Notes under the pieces: model-generated
Seen by the model: only the letters and a program-made list of their open reading frames with translations
Databases searched by the model: none
What the model was told of the DNA's origin: nothing
In this document: positions 42,276 to 53,515 of the stretch, one piece after another
Layout: every line of letters begins with the position of its first letter
How positions within the stretch are numbered: position 1 is the first letter of the stretch
From: Deferrisomatales bacterium
GTDB taxonomy: Bacteria > Desulfobacterota > Deferrisomatia > Deferrisomatales > JACRMM01
Direction: 5' to 3'
DNA length: 64,000 nt
NCBI GenBank assembly: GCA_033551855.1
Contig: JAWSUI010000001.1
Span: forward strand, 128,001-192,000
Translations under genes and position numbers: made by a program

Positions 42276-44177
42276 ATGGGCAAGATCATCGGTATCGATT
42301 TGGGCACCACGAACAGCGTGGTGGCGATCGTCGAGGGGGGAGACCCTGTCGTTATCACCAATCCGGAAGGCGGCCGGACGACCCCGAGCATGGTCGCGCT
42401 CTCCCCGGATGGCGAGCGGTTGGTGGGGCAGGCAGCCAAGCGCCAAGCAGTGACCAACCCGGAGAACACGGTCTTCGCGATCAAGCGCCTCATCGGCCGC
42501 AAGTTCACCGACCCCGAGGTAAAGAAAGATATGGGGATGGTGTCCTACAAGATCGTGGAAGGCACCAACGGGGATGCGTGGGTCGAGATCCGCGGGAAGA
42601 AGTACAGCCCGGCCGAGGTCTCCGCGTGGATCCTGCAGAAGATGAAGCAGACGGCGGAGGAGTACCTGGGCCACGAGGTCAAGGAGGCGGTGATCACCGT
42701 ACCTGCCTACTTCAACGACAGCCAGCGCCAGGCGACGAAGGACGCCGGCAGGATCGCGGGCCTGGAAGTGAAACGGATCATCAACGAGCCTACCGCCTCA
42801 GCGCTGGCCTACGGGCTGGAAAAGAAGGGAGAGCGGAAGATCGCCGTCTACGATCTGGGGGGAGGCACGTTCGACATCTCGATCCTCGAGATCGGCGAGG
42901 GGGTCTTCGAGGTCAAGAGCACGAACGGCAACACCTTTCTCGGGGGTGAGGACTTCGACAAGCGGCTCATCGACTACCTGGCCGACGAGTTCAAGAAGGA
43001 GCAGGGCATCGACCTCCGGGGCGACAAGATGGCGCTGCAGCGCCTCAAGGAGGGGGCCGAGAAGGCCAAGATGGAGCTCTCCACCACGATGGAGACCACG
43101 GTCAATCTGCCGTTCATCACGGCGGACCAGAACGGGCCCAAACACCTGAACATCCGCATCACGAGGGCAAAGCTCGAGCAGTTGGTGGGGGACTTGGTGG
43201 ACGCGACCGAGGGACCCTGCCGCCAAGCGCTCAAGGACGCGGGCCTGTCCCCTTCCCAGATCGACGACGTCATCCTGGTGGGGGGCATGACCCGGATGCC
43301 CAAAGTCCAGGAGAAGGTGGAGCAGCTCTTCGGGAGAAAGCCCCACAAGGGGGTGAACCCGGACGAGGCGGTGGCGGTGGGTGCGGGCATCCAGGCCGCG
43401 GTGCTGGCCGGCGAGGTCAAGGACGTGCTCCTCCTCGACGTCACGCCCCTCTCCCTCGGGATCGAGACCCTCGGAGGCGTCTTCACGCGGATCATCGACC
43501 GCAACACGACGGTGCCCTGTCGGAAGAGCCAGATCTTCTCCACCGCGGATGACAATCAGACAGCCGTGTCGATCCACGTGCTCCAGGGGGAGCGCGACAT
43601 GGCCCGGGACAACAAGACCATTGGCCGGTTCGAGCTGGTGGGGATTCCCCCGGCTCCCCGCGGCCTTCCCCAGATCGAGGTGACCTTCGACATCGACGCC
43701 AATGGGATCCTGCACGTATCGGCCAAGGACATGGCGACGGGGAAGGAGCAATCCATCGAGATCAAGGCCTCCTCCGGGTTGAGCGAGGAGGAGATCAAGC
43801 GGATGGTGCGCGACGCGGAGGTGCACGCCGAGGAGGACCACCGCAAACGGGAGCTCGTCGAGGAGCGCAACAAGCTCGACGGGCTGATCTACTCCACGGA
43901 GAAGAGCCTCAAGGAGTTCGGGGACAAGGTGGACCCGGCCAGCCGTACCCAGATCGAATCCGCCTTGACGGAGGCCAAGTCGGCGCTGGACGCCGGGGAC
44001 GTCTCCCGGATCCGCTCGGCCTTCGAGGCGCTGACCCAGGCTTCCCACAAGTTGGCCGAAGAGATGTACAAGAAGGCGGGCTCGGGCGGGGATCCGGGAG
44101 CCGGAGGCGCCTCCGGCGGCCCCGCGGGTAGCGCGGACGAAGGGGTGGTCGACGCGGACTTCGAAGAGGTGAAGTGA
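42276..44177 (+). CDS. dnaK: Chaperone DnaK
   Basis: [16 protein letters not shown] and VDADFEEV. Confidence 0.98.
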   Translation: MGKIIGIDLGTTNSVVAIVEGGDPVVITNPEGGRTTPSMVALSPDGERLVGQAAKRQAVTNPENTVFAIKRLIGRKFTDPEVKKDMGMVSYKIVEGTNGDAWVEIRGKKYSPAEVSAWILQKMKQTAEEYLGHEVKEAVITVPAYFNDSQRQATKDAGRIAGLEVKRIINEPTASALAYGLEKKGERKIAVYDLGGGTFDISILEIGEGVFEVKSTNGNTFLGGEDFDKRLIDYLADEFKKEQGIDLRGDKMALQRLKEGAEKAKMELSTTMETTVNLPFITADQNGPKHLNIRITRAKLEQLVGDLVDATEGPCRQALKDAGLSPSQIDDVILVGGMTRMPKVQEKVEQLFGRKPHKGVNPDEAVAVGAGIQAAVLAGEVKDVLLLDVTPLSLGIETLGGVFTRIIDRNTTVPCRKSQIFSTADDNQTAVSIHVLQGERDMARDNKTIGRFELVGIPPAPRGLPQIEVTFDIDANGILHVSAKDMATGKEQSIEIKASSGLSEEEIKRMVRDAEVHAEEDHRKRELVEERNKLDGLIYSTEKSLKEFGDKVDPASRTQIESALTEAKSALDAGDVSRIRSAFEALTQASHKLAEEMYKKAGSGGDPGAGGASGGPAGSADEGVVDADFEEVK

Positions 44178-44194
44178 CACCGAACCGCCCATGA

Positions 44195-44220
44195 CCGGGG
44201 GGCCCGAAAGGGCCCCCCGG
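44195..44220 (+). terminator. Strong hairpin after dnaK (terminator or stabiliser)
   Basis: CCGGGGGGCCC-GAAA-GGGCCCCCCGG; no clear U-tract. Confidence 0.5.
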
Positions 44221-44311
44221 CCTGCTTCATCCCCCCTGCCCGCCAGGCCGCCCCCCCATCTCCCTGCGCATCCGGCAGGCGCCCGGCGGCTCCTTCTCCC
44301 TCAGGGATCCC

Positions 44312-45424
44312 GTGGCCGACACCGATTACTACCAGATCCTGGGCGTTCACCGAAACGCGAGCGACGCCGAGATCAAGAAGGCGTTCCGGCAGCTCGCCTT
44401 GCAGTGGCACCCGGATCGCAACCCGGGGAACACCGAGGCGGAGGCGCGCTTCAAGGAGGCCGCGGAGGCCTATGAGGTGCTGTCGGACCCGGCCCGCCGG
44501 ACCGAGTACGATCGATTCGGACGGGTGGGTCAGGGCGGGCCGCGGGAGCACACGGACCGCGGGTTCGGTTTCCACACCAACGTCGACGACCTCTTCAGCG
44601 AGATCTTTGGGGACATCTTTGGCCAGCGCAGGCCCCGAGGCCCTCGGCCCGAGAGAGGAGCGGACCTCCGCTACAACCTGACCATGGACTTCGCGGAGGG
44701 GGTGTTTGGCTGCACCAAGGAGCTGGAGATCCCCCTGCGGCGGCCGTGCCCCGAGTGCGGTGGTTCCGGCGCCCGCCGGGGTACCTCCCCGGCTCCATGC
44801 CCCGACTGCCATGGGCAGGGGCGGGTGCGGTACCAGCAGGGGTTCTTCAGTGTCGAGCGGGAGTGCCACCGCTGCGGGGGCGAAGGACGGGTCGCGCTGG
44901 ACCCGTGTCCCGAGTGCGGGGGCAGAGGCTTGGTCCAGCAGCGAAGGCGCCTCAACGTGCGGGTGCCGCCCGGTGTCGAGACGGGGTCGAGGCTCCGGGT
45001 GGCCGGAGAGGGGGAGGCCGGAACCCACGGCGGTCCTCCGGGGGACCTCTACGTCGTCCTGACGGTGCGCCCTCACCCCCTTTTCTCCCGTCATGGGCAA
45101 CATCTGGTGTGCGAGGTGCCGGTGTCGATGGGGCAGGCCGCACTGGGAGCGGAGATCGAGGTGCCCACCCTGGAGGGCCCGGCTCGGGTCCGGGTGCCGG
45201 CCGGGACGCAGCACGGAGAGGTGCTCTCCCTGAAGGGAAAGGGAGTGCCCCGGGGCGAGAAAGGGCGGCGAGGGGAGCTCAAGCTCGTGATCCAGGTGGA
45301 GGTGCCGCGGAGTCTTACGCCGCGGCAAGAGGAGCTGCTGCGGGAGTTCGAGGCCCTGCGGGTCGAGGAGGGCGGCTCCGCGGTGAGCCGCTTCCTCGAG
45401 GCGGTACGCAAGTTCTTCGGTTGA
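44312..45424 (+). CDS. dnaJ: Chaperone DnaJ
   Basis: J domain HPD and four CxxCxGxG repeats. Confidence 0.97.
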   Translation: MADTDYYQILGVHRNASDAEIKKAFRQLALQWHPDRNPGNTEAEARFKEAAEAYEVLSDPARRTEYDRFGRVGQGGPREHTDRGFGFHTNVDDLFSEIFGDIFGQRRPRGPRPERGADLRYNLTMDFAEGVFGCTKELEIPLRRPCPECGGSGARRGTSPAPCPDCHGQGRVRYQQGFFSVERECHRCGGEGRVALDPCPECGGRGLVQQRRRLNVRVPPGVETGSRLRVAGEGEAGTHGGPPGDLYVVLTVRPHPLFSRHGQHLVCEVPVSMGQAALGAEIEVPTLEGPARVRVPAGTQHGEVLSLKGKGVPRGEKGRRGELKLVIQVEVPRSLTPRQEELLREFEALRVEEGGSAVSRFLEAVRKFFG

Positions 45425-45715
45425 AATGCGACACCGGGATCCTTCTCCGGGTCGCCGTGGCGGGGCTGGAGAGATCGGGATCGGAAGCCGGAGCCCGCTG
45501 CACCCAGCCACGGCAGCGGGTGGAAACCGCGGAGGCTCGGCCCAGCGGATCCCCCGAGCGACGCCGCCCCGGAGTCGCCCCGGATGGCGGGACGACCCGC
45601 GGGGATTCCGGACCGCCGAGGCTCACAAGGGGCGGCCCCGGGGCCCCCGGTGTTTGCCTCGGCCAAGGCCCCTCTGGTACCCTCCGGGTATCGTAACCCT
45701 TCCGCACCGGCCAAG

Positions 45716-47545
45716 ATGACCTCTCGGCGACCTGCCAGGGCCCTGCCCCTGCTCTTCCTGTTTGCGGCCGCCTGCGCGGTCGCTCCCCGGCCGGTGCCCC
45801 CGCCGCCGGCGCACCCCGTTGCTCCTCCCGCACCGGCGGAGACGCGGGTGGGTCTTCCCGCACCCGAAGTGGAGCCTCCACCGCTGCCGGTCCTCGCTCC
45901 CCGTCCCGATCCCGGGGAGGTGGGGGCGCTCCTGGACGAGGGGCGCTTCCGGGAGGCCCTGGAGGCCTTGGCGGCACCGGAGGAAGGTTGGCCGGGAACC
46001 CTGTGGGCCATGCGGGCGGGGGCGCTGGCGGGGCTGGGGCGCCGGGCGGAGGCGGCCCGGGCGCTGGGCGCCGCGCTGGCGGCGGGGGGCGAAGGGACCC
46101 ACCTCCACCGGGTTGCGTTGCGATCCCTTCTGGAGCTCCTGGAGGAAGAGGAGCTGGAGGAGGTGGTGTGGGCGTGCCCCCTCTGCCCGGAGGCAGGGTA
46201 CGCCCTCCTGCGCTGGGCTCAGGTGCGCGACGCAGCGGGGGACAGGGAGAGCGCGGAATCCCTCTTGCGGGAGGTCGCTCGGGGCTTCGGCGGAACGCCC
46301 CCGGCCGACGAGGCCGAAGCACTGCTCGCGCGGTGGTCGGCTGACCGGGCCGGGACGCCGGGACTCTACGGACTCCTCCTGCCCCTCTCGGGGCCCATCC
46401 ACCTGATCGGAGAGCGTGCCCTGCGGGGAGCCTTGGTGGCCTCCGGGCTCCTCGACGGGGAGGAGGATCCGGGCATTCGGTTGGTGGTGGTCGATTCCAG
46501 GGGCGAGGCCGAGGCGGCGGCCCAGGGCGTGAGGGACCTGGCGGCCCAAGGGGTGATGGGCATCCTCGGTCCCCTTCGCGCCGCCGCGGCGGGCGAGGCC
46601 GCCCGAGTGGCGCGGGAGGTCGGGGTGCCGCTGCTGGCCCCTTCCCCAAGCCCGGCAGCCTCCGGCGGCGGCGCGTTTCGCCTCTATCTGCGGGAGGAGG
46701 ACGAGATCGCCCGCCTGGTGGAGCACGCCGTCCTCCGGCGGGGCCTGTCCCGCTTCGCCATCCTGTACCCCGAAACACCCTTGGGGAGGCGCTACCGGGA
46801 TCTCTTCTGGGACGAGGCCGTGGCCCGGGGAGCCGAGATCACCGGCGTGGAGGCCTTTCCCGCGGGCTCGCGCGATCTGGGCGACGAGATCCGGCGGCTC
46901 ACCGGGGTCTTCGCGCTCACCGAGGCCGAGGTGCGCCGGCGGTTCCTCGAAGAGGAGCGACTTCGGTCGGGCCGAGAGCAAGCGCTGCTCTCGGCTCTGG
47001 GCCTGTCGGAGGAAGCCGGGGGTGGGAGCGGGGAGCACATCGACCCCGAACGCCTCACCCGGTACAAGCCTCCGCCGATCGTGGACTTCGATGCGGTGTT
47101 TCTTCCAGCATCCGGTCTGGACGCCGCTCAGATCGCGCCCCAACTCCCCTTCCATGACGTGGAGGGCGTCTTGCTGCTCGGCATCCGGACCTGGAATCAC
47201 CCTTCCCTGGTCCAGGTGGGGCAGGAGTACGTCGCCCGGGCCCTCTTCCCGGCCGAGTTCCACCCCGGCCTCCCTGGAGCCGTCGACTTTGCCGTCCGGT
47301 ACCAGCGCGAGTACGGGGAGGTCCCGGGTGTCATCGAGGCCTACGCCTACGACGGGATGAAGCTCCTCCGAGAGCTCGCTTCGCCGTCGGGAGCCGGGGG
47401 CCGGGCCGAGCTGCGCCGTCGCCTGGAGGCCCTGTGGGCGGCGCCCGGCGTCACCGGACCGCTCACGGCCCATCCGTCGGGCGACATCTCCGCTGAGCCA
47501 AAGATCCTGACCGTGCGTCGCGGCCGGATCGTCCCCGCGGAATGA
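45716..47545 (+). CDS. LppC/LpoA-like lipoprotein (penicillin-binding protein activator family)
   Basis: Lipobox-like FAAAC, TPR-like region, GLLLPLSG, ILGPL, QIAPQL and AYAYD. Confidence 0.78.
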   Translation: MTSRRPARALPLLFLFAAACAVAPRPVPPPPAHPVAPPAPAETRVGLPAPEVEPPPLPVLAPRPDPGEVGALLDEGRFREALEALAAPEEGWPGTLWAMRAGALAGLGRRAEAARALGAALAAGGEGTHLHRVALRSLLELLEEEELEEVVWACPLCPEAGYALLRWAQVRDAAGDRESAESLLREVARGFGGTPPADEAEALLARWSADRAGTPGLYGLLLPLSGPIHLIGERALRGALVASGLLDGEEDPGIRLVVVDSRGEAEAAAQGVRDLAAQGVMGILGPLRAAAAGEAARVAREVGVPLLAPSPSPAASGGGAFRLYLREEDEIARLVEHAVLRRGLSRFAILYPETPLGRRYRDLFWDEAVARGAEITGVEAFPAGSRDLGDEIRRLTGVFALTEAEVRRRFLEEERLRSGREQALLSALGLSEEAGGGSGEHIDPERLTRYKPPPIVDFDAVFLPASGLDAAQIAPQLPFHDVEGVLLLGIRTWNHPSLVQVGQEYVARALFPAEFHPGLPGAVDFAVRYQREYGEVPGVIEAYAYDGMKLLRELASPSGAGGRAELRRRLEALWAAPGVTGPLTAHPSGDISAEPKILTVRRGRIVPAE

Positions 47546-47615
47546 AGGGACGATCCTGACGGTGGAGGCGGTGCCCCGGGTCTGTCGCTGTCCCGGCCGC
47601 CCCTGTAGGGGCAGG

Positions 47616-48101
47616 CTATTCTCCGACCTTGGCCTTCTGGCGAGTCAGGAGGCCGATGTGTCGGAGCTCCTCGTCGATGAGGGCATCCAGGCCTGGGGCG
47701 CGGGGCAGGAGCTGCTTCATCGCGCTGTAGAAGACCACCGAGTCCTTCTCGAACTGGATCGCCAGGTCCAGGAGGGCCGCCGCTGAGGTGCAGCGGGCCA
47801 CGAGCCCCCCGATGTCCCGGTTCTTGACGAAGACGTGCCCGTCGGCCGTGGCCCGGATGTACTCCCGCTCCTCATCCGCCGGGTCGAAGGCCCCTCCCTC
47901 GCTCGCCTGGGACGGGAGCTTGCGGCGCAACTCCTCGAAGAGCTCCACGTGCTTGGTCTCCCAGGCCGCGAGCTCCTTGCACAGTGCCCGCACCTGCGGG
48001 TCGGTGGTGGCCGCGGCGGCTGCCGTGTAGAAGGCCCGGCCGTTCTTCTCGATCTCCACGCCCACCAGATAGATCTCGTCGACGTTCATGTAGTACGACA
48101 T
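47616..48101 (-). CDS. Ferritin/rubrerythrin-like protein
   Basis: IEKNGRAFY, WETKH, FEKDSVVFY and EELRH. Confidence 0.88.
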   Translation of the reverse strand: MSYYMNVDEIYLVGVEIEKNGRAFYTAAAAATTDPQVRALCKELAAWETKHVELFEELRRKLPSQASEGGAFDPADEEREYIRATADGHVFVKNRDIGGLVARCTSAAALLDLAIQFEKDSVVFYSAMKQLLPRAPGLDALIDEELRHIGLLTRQKAKVGE

Positions 48102-48143
48102 GCCGGGCTCCTTGCCTCATAGCGAAACCAGTAAAGATCCCTG

Positions 48144-48237
48144 GACGGGATTACAGGAAGGAACGGCTGAAAGCTCTCTTGGAAAGCCGAGGAGGAATTT
48201 TTGGTTCTGTCGCGCCGTTGATCCAGTAGATCCCGTC
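48144..48237. repeat. Degenerate CAGGAT-type palindromic repeat
   Basis: GACGGGATTACAGGA...TCCAGTAGATCCCGTC. Confidence 0.5.
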
Positions 48238-48248
48238 AAGGTGCTTCC

Positions 48249-49109
48249 TCAGTACTCCGGGGTCAGCTCGTCGAGCTCGGCGAAGGAGAACACGGGGCCG
48301 TCCTTGCACACGTACTTGTGCCCCACGTTGCAGCGGCCGCACTTGCCGATGCCGCACTTCATGCGCATCTCCAGGGAAGTGATGATGTTCTCCTTGGAGA
48401 AGCCGAGCTCGAAGAAGACCGGCAAGGTGAAGCGGATCATGATCGGCGGGCCGCACAGGACGCACACCGCGTTCTCGGCGCTCGGAGCCACGTCCTTGCA
48501 CACCGCGGGCACGAACCCCTCCCGCCCGGTCCACTGCTCGTCGCCCTTGTCCACGGTGACGTGCAGGTCCACGTCGCCCCGCTGCCCCCACTCCCGGAGC
48601 TCGTCCTTGTAGAGCAGCAGGCCGGGGTTCCGGGCGCCGTACACGACCGTGATCTTCCCAAAGCGGCCGCGGTTCTCCGGAACGATCATGTAGTTCAGGA
48701 GCGAGCGCAGGGTGGTGAACGCAAAGCCGCCGCCCACGATGACGACGCTCTTCCCTTCCAGGAACTCGAGGGGCCACGAATTGCCGAGGGGCCCGCGGAT
48801 GCCCATCCGCTGGCCCTCCTCCATCTCGTGGAGGGCGGTGGTCACCACGCCGGCCTTCTGGACCGTGAACTCCACGTACCCCGGTTGGGTGGGGGAAGAG
48901 GCGATGCCGATGGGGGACTCCCCCTTGCCGAAGATCGACAACTCGGCGAACTGGCCGGGTGTGTACCCGAACCGCGCCTCGTCCTCCGGGTTCACGAAGG
49001 TGAAGCGAAAGGTCTTGATGTCCTTCGTGTCCACCTCGGTGATGATCTTTGCGATCTCCACCGGAATCGGCACGTACGGATTGTCCCTATCAGCGCATAC
49101 GCAGGCCAT
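48249..49109 (-). CDS. flxA: FAD/NAD-binding oxidoreductase (FlxA / AsrB-like)
   Basis: GQF, RGPLGN, GGGFA, CGPP and MKCGIGKCGRC..CKDGPVF. Confidence 0.85.
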   Translation of the reverse strand: MACVCADRDNPYVPIPVEIAKIITEVDTKDIKTFRFTFVNPEDEARFGYTPGQFAELSIFGKGESPIGIASSPTQPGYVEFTVQKAGVVTTALHEMEEGQRMGIRGPLGNSWPLEFLEGKSVVIVGGGFAFTTLRSLLNYMIVPENRGRFGKITVVYGARNPGLLLYKDELREWGQRGDVDLHVTVDKGDEQWTGREGFVPAVCKDVAPSAENAVCVLCGPPIMIRFTLPVFFELGFSKENIITSLEMRMKCGIGKCGRCNVGHKYVCKDGPVFSFAELDELTPEY

Positions 49110-49132
49110 GTGTTTCCTCGAAAAGTCTCTTT

Positions 49133-49235
49133 GACATGATAACAGGATGGACAGGATGTTCGGGCCTTCGAACCTCTACCCGTTGTAGTTGAATTCATAT
49201 TAAAGAAGATCTATGCCCTATCCTGTTATCCTGTC
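49133..49235. repeat. CAGGAT-type palindromic intergenic repeat
   Basis: GACATGATAACAGGAT...ATCCTGTTATCCTGTC. Confidence 0.8.
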
Positions 49236-49249
49236 GAAACAACTTCAGG

Positions 49250-50278
49250 TCAGATCCTGGCCACATCCTGAACGATCTTGCGGATGTCCAGGTTCACGGG
49301 GCAGTTCAGAACGCACCGGCCGCAGCCCACACATCCCACAAGGTCGAAGTTCTCGGGGATGTAGCGGAACTTGTGCATCACACGCTGGCGCCAGCGCTCC
49401 TTCTGGCTGGACCGGGGATTGTGGCCCGAGGCCTCCTTGGTGAAGAGCGGGAACATGCAGGAGTCCCAGCTCCGCAGCCGCACGCCGTCGTCCCGCTGCA
49501 CCTCGTCGCTGATGTCGAAGCAGTGGCACGTGGGGCAGATGTAGGTGCACGTGCCGCAGGCCAGGCACTTGCCGTGGAGGTCCGCCCAGAACGGATGGTC
49601 GAAGTTCTCCTGGAGAATCGGCTTGATCTCCCGGGCCGGCACCCGGGAGCGGATGGCTCCCCGGGCCCCCTCGGCCACTCGGTCCTTGCGCGCGTCGACC
49701 TGCTCGTCGGGCGGGAGGGAGCCCTCGAAGAAGGGCAGGAGCGCGCGGCCCTTCTCGGTCAGGAACTCGGCCAGGAGGTCGTTCCCCAGGTCCGTCAGCA
49801 GGACGTCGACCCCTGTCGGGTCGGCCGGCACCGGGTCTCCCCCCACCGAAGTGCAAAAGCACGCGGCGTAGGGGGGCTCGCTGCAGGCCAGCGCGACGAC
49901 CGCGGTCCGGTCGCGGTGGGCCGTGTAGTATGGGTCTCGGCACCCCGGCTGGTCGAACACCCGGTCCAGGAGCAGGAAACTCTGGGCATCGCAGGGCCGC
50001 ACCAGCACCACGGCCTCGGCAGGGTCGTTCCCGGTGCCGGTCTGCTCCATGCCCTTCGGCGTCCGGGTGAACCGCATTAGGGTCTCGGTGTGGGGGAAAA
50101 AGACGTTCTTCGGGGCGTTGCGGGTATTGCGAAAGGCGAGCTCCGGCTCCCGGCCGGGCTCGAGGGGCCCGAACACCACGTTGTCGCCCACCCTCACCGG
50201 GCCGAGCACGCGCTTGGCGGCGGAGAGCCGCCTCAGCGCCTCGGCGAGGTCTTCCTTCTTGAGAAGTCGCTTTTCCAT
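49250..50278 (-). CDS. flxB: 4Fe-4S protein (FlxB / AsrA-like)
   Basis: RPCD, CFC, CLACGTCTYICPTCHCF, WDSC and CVGCGRC..CP. Confidence 0.82.
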   Translation of the reverse strand: MEKRLLKKEDLAEALRRLSAAKRVLGPVRVGDNVVFGPLEPGREPELAFRNTRNAPKNVFFPHTETLMRFTRTPKGMEQTGTGNDPAEAVVLVRPCDAQSFLLLDRVFDQPGCRDPYYTAHRDRTAVVALACSEPPYAACFCTSVGGDPVPADPTGVDVLLTDLGNDLLAEFLTEKGRALLPFFEGSLPPDEQVDARKDRVAEGARGAIRSRVPAREIKPILQENFDHPFWADLHGKCLACGTCTYICPTCHCFDISDEVQRDDGVRLRSWDSCMFPLFTKEASGHNPRSSQKERWRQRVMHKFRYIPENFDLVGCVGCGRCVLNCPVNLDIRKIVQDVARI

Positions 50279-50301
50279 GGGTTCCCTCGCGCGGGCCGGT
50301 G

Positions 50302-51147
50302 TCACAGGAAGATGCCCACCTGACGCAGCAGCGGCATGGGGTCGACGTGGTGGAACTTGAGCCACTTGCCCGCATCGGGCGAGCCCATGGCCAGTCCCAT
50401 GAGCTCCGAGAAGTAGAAGATGGGCATGCCCTGGCTGGCGCGCATATCGAGGTTGGCCATGCACTCGGGGCACGCGGTGACGATGCAGTTGGCGCCGGCC
50501 TCCCGGGCCATGTCCACCAGCCGGTCCACGAGGCGTACGACCTGCTCGGTGCGAGCCACCGTCAGCGCGCCGCCGCAACAGTCGGTCTTGAAGGACCACG
50601 GTCGTGCCTCCGCCCCCAGGGCTTCCACGAGGCGGTCCATGGTCGTGGGGTTCTCGGGGTCGTCGAACCGACACACGTCGGGCGGTCGCACGAGGAGACA
50701 GCCGTAGTAGCTCACGACCTTGAGCCCCGCCAGCTTGCGCGTCACCTTCTCCCGCACCGTCTCGAGGCCCACCTGGTTGACGTAGAAGTCCACCGAGTTC
50801 TGGATCTCCAGGTCTTCCTTGAGGCGGCCCTGGAGCTCCTCCTCCATCCGAGCCTTGAGCTCGGGGTCCCGGTGGAGGTGGTGCTCGGCGGACTTGAACC
50901 GGTTGAAGCAGGCTGCGCAGGGCACCATGACGTCCAGGCCACGCTTCTGGGCCGCCATCAGGTTGCGTGCGGGCAGGGCGACCGAAAGCTCGAAGTTGGT
51001 GGCGTGGGCTGAGCTGGCGCCGCAGCAGGTCCACCCGTCCACCTCCACGAGGTTCACCCCCAAGGCTTTGCTCACGGCCTGGATCGACTGGTCGTAACCC
51101 TTTGCCGTGCCGTGCATGCAGCAGCCGGGATAGTACGAAACGTTCAA
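50302..51147 (-). CDS. hdrB: Heterodisulfide reductase subunit B
   Basis: YYPGC, CCG..C..C, YYGC and CCG..CPEC. Confidence 0.92.
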   Translation of the reverse strand: MNVSYYPGCCMHGTAKGYDQSIQAVSKALGVNLVEVDGWTCCGASSAHATNFELSVALPARNLMAAQKRGLDVMVPCAACFNRFKSAEHHLHRDPELKARMEEELQGRLKEDLEIQNSVDFYVNQVGLETVREKVTRKLAGLKVVSYYGCLLVRPPDVCRFDDPENPTTMDRLVEALGAEARPWSFKTDCCGGALTVARTEQVVRLVDRLVDMAREAGANCIVTACPECMANLDMRASQGMPIFYFSELMGLAMGSPDAGKWLKFHHVDPMPLLRQVGIFL

Positions 51148-51243
51148 CGAGAGTCTCCTTTGCCAGGGTCGCCGCTCACCGGCGACCGACGTCTCCTTCC
51201 CTCCCTGTGGGAGGAGGGGGTGTCTCCCCAGAAGCCTCTGTTC

Positions 51244-51786
51244 CTAATGGGCCCCGTTGCCGTTCTTCTTCGTGCTGCCGAAGAGCCTGCGCACCTCCTT
51301 CTTTCCCTCGACCCGCGGGCCGAAGAGCGGCAATCGGCCCTTGGCGAACATGGACAAGCCGATGCCCACGTCAGAAAAGAGGTCGCCGCTCTTGAGCTTG
51401 TAGGCGCACACCATGAGGGCTTCGTGGATCCGGCCCCCCTTCTGGATGCTGTCGAGAAAGGCCTCGTGGAACGCCACGACCCTTTTCTCGGCGACGCGTG
51501 CGCCGGACTCCAGTGCCATTTGCCGCAGCACGTCGAACATCCGGGCGATGTCGACCTCGTTGGGGCACCGCATCGTGCAGGTCTCGCAGGAGACGCACAG
51601 CCAGATGGCCGAGCTCTCCAGCACCGCCTGCCGCTGGTCCTGCTGCACCATCCTCACCACGGCGTTGGGCTTGTAGTCCATGGCCACGGCCATCGGGCAA
51701 CCGGCGGTGCACTTGCGACAGTGGAAACATCGCTGCAGCGGCGCGCCCTTGACCTGGGAGTTCACGTCTTCGAGAAAAGTCTCCAT
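51244..51786 (-). CDS. hdrC: Heterodisulfide reductase subunit C
   Basis: CFHCRKCTAGCP and WLCVSCETCTMRCP. Confidence 0.9.
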   Translation of the reverse strand: METFLEDVNSQVKGAPLQRCFHCRKCTAGCPMAVAMDYKPNAVVRMVQQDQRQAVLESSAIWLCVSCETCTMRCPNEVDIARMFDVLRQMALESGARVAEKRVVAFHEAFLDSIQKGGRIHEALMVCAYKLKSGDLFSDVGIGLSMFAKGRLPLFGPRVEGKKEVRRLFGSTKKNGNGAH

Positions 51787-51806
51787 TGCCTCACTCGTTC
51801 CCAACC

Positions 51807-52817
51807 CTACGGGTTGTAGATGAACTCCTCCAGGTCGTCCTCTTTCGCCTCGGCGAGGGCCGCGGGCTCGTCGGGCGAAAGACCCGCCCGCCGTCCGAAC
51901 ATCCCCAGCACGTCCTTGTCGAGCTTCTTCAGGAAGCGCCGCAGATCCACCCCCATGGGGCAAACTGCGGAGCAGGAGCCGCAGTCCACGCACCGTCCGG
52001 CCATGTGGTACAGGCGCATGAGCTGGAACACCTGCACGTCTGCCTCCGCTTGACCGATCCCCACCCACTGGGGCTCGCTCTGCTCTGCGAAGCAGGTGCG
52101 GCAGTAGCACGAGGGACACGCGTTGCGGCAGGCGTTGCAGCGCATGCACTTGGCCATCTCCTGCGCGAACCCCTGCCAGCGCTCGTCGGCCGACAGTTCT
52201 TCCACGGCCTCCACCGCCGTGAATTCCCGAGCGGCGTCGTGGGGCGGCGCCGGCTCGCCGAGCATCACGTCGGAGAGGACCGGGTTGTTGAAGGCGCAGG
52301 ACCGGCAGCTCTCCGCCAGAAGGTCCCGGACGGCCAGGTCCTTGGCCCCCGCAGCGGACTCGACCCGCACCCGGCCGTCCTCGAAGGACCCGGTCAGGAG
52401 CTCCTCGCCCCCTGCCGCCTCCAGGAGCTTACGGCGGTCGAGCACGCCGGTGCAGGGGACCCCGAACACCAGCACCTCGTCGCGCCCGTACTGGCGCTCG
52501 TTGAGATGGATCGCCAGGGACCGGCTCGTGCATCCCGGGGCGACCACCCCCACGACCTTCTTCTTCCGGTCCTCGGGTTTCAGCCGCTTCTGCGCCGCGC
52601 GGTGAGCCGCCACCAAGTCGTGGACGTACTTGGCCAGGTTCTGCCCGCAGGCCGGGTTCCACACCAGGCGCCCCGCCTCCTCGGGCGCCGTGATGAACAC
52701 CGGAGTCGCCGTGAGCGGCAGGGTGCCCGCCTCGAACCCCACCACGACCTGGACGCGGTCCTCAGCCAAGGCCCGGGCCGCCTCATGCTGCAACTTCTCT
52801 TGCATCGTGTCCGCCAT
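51807..52817 (-). CDS. flxC: 4Fe-4S dicluster protein (FlxC-like)
   Basis: CMRCNACRNACPSCYC and HMAGRCVDCGSCSAVCP. Confidence 0.78.
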   Translation of the reverse strand: MADTMQEKLQHEAARALAEDRVQVVVGFEAGTLPLTATPVFITAPEEAGRLVWNPACGQNLAKYVHDLVAAHRAAQKRLKPEDRKKKVVGVVAPGCTSRSLAIHLNERQYGRDEVLVFGVPCTGVLDRRKLLEAAGGEELLTGSFEDGRVRVESAAGAKDLAVRDLLAESCRSCAFNNPVLSDVMLGEPAPPHDAAREFTAVEAVEELSADERWQGFAQEMAKCMRCNACRNACPSCYCRTCFAEQSEPQWVGIGQAEADVQVFQLMRLYHMAGRCVDCGSCSAVCPMGVDLRRFLKKLDKDVLGMFGRRAGLSPDEPAALAEAKEDDLEEFIYNP

Positions 52818-52862
52818 GGAAACCTCTCGGATCCCGCCGCCTTCCGGAAGGCCGGTCGGGGT

Positions 52863-53327
52863 TCAGACGACTGCGGTGACAGGCTCCCCCACGTGTTTCA
52901 CCAGCCGGGTCGCGGGGCCCAGGGCCCGAACCTTTTCCGTGACCCCTCGAATCACCTGGGCGAACCGGTCGCCCTCCGACGCCGAGACCCAGGTGAAGAT
53001 CGTCCGATCCGCCTCGAGGCCCGCGTATTCGAGGAAGCTCTTCAGCACGGCGAATTTTCTCCGCGCCGTGAGGTTCCCGGTCAGATAGTGGCACTCTCCC
53101 GGGTGACAGCCGGAGACGAGCACGCCGTCGGCTCCGTCCTGGAGGGCCTTGACGACGAAGAAGGGGTTGATCCGACCCGTGCAGGGCACCCGGACGATCC
53201 GTACGTTGGTCGGGTACTGGATGCGGCTGATACCCGCCAGGTCCGCCCCGGCATAGGTGCACCAGGTGCAGACGACGGCGAGAATCTTGGGCTCCCAGTT
53301 TTCGGTCTTTGCGGCTGCTTCGGCCAT
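52863..53327 (-). CDS. mvhD: MvhD/FlxD [2Fe-2S] subunit
   Basis: CTWCTYAGAD, PCTGR, GCHPGECHY and WVSASE. Confidence 0.92.
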   Translation of the reverse strand: MAEAAAKTENWEPKILAVVCTWCTYAGADLAGISRIQYPTNVRIVRVPCTGRINPFFVVKALQDGADGVLVSGCHPGECHYLTGNLTARRKFAVLKSFLEYAGLEADRTIFTWVSASEGDRFAQVIRGVTEKVRALGPATRLVKHVGEPVTAVV

Positions 53328-53401
53328 TCCGGTGGTCCTCGATGGTTGTGGGTCGCGGCCGAGGCCGCTTCTACGATTCGCCTGCTCAAGAACAAGAATG
53401 G

Positions 53402-53499
53402 GACAGGACGACGGGATGAACAGGATAGGAACCTTCGCTGCAAAGGAAATGCGTCGACACGGTCGACACGAACTTTCCTGTCCGTCCCGTTATCCTGTC
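53402..53499. repeat. CAGGAT-type palindromic intergenic repeat
   Basis: GACAGGACGACGGGAT...GTCCCGTTATCCTGTC. Confidence 0.7.
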
Positions 53500-53515
53500 T
53501 AACCGCCTTGTCTCC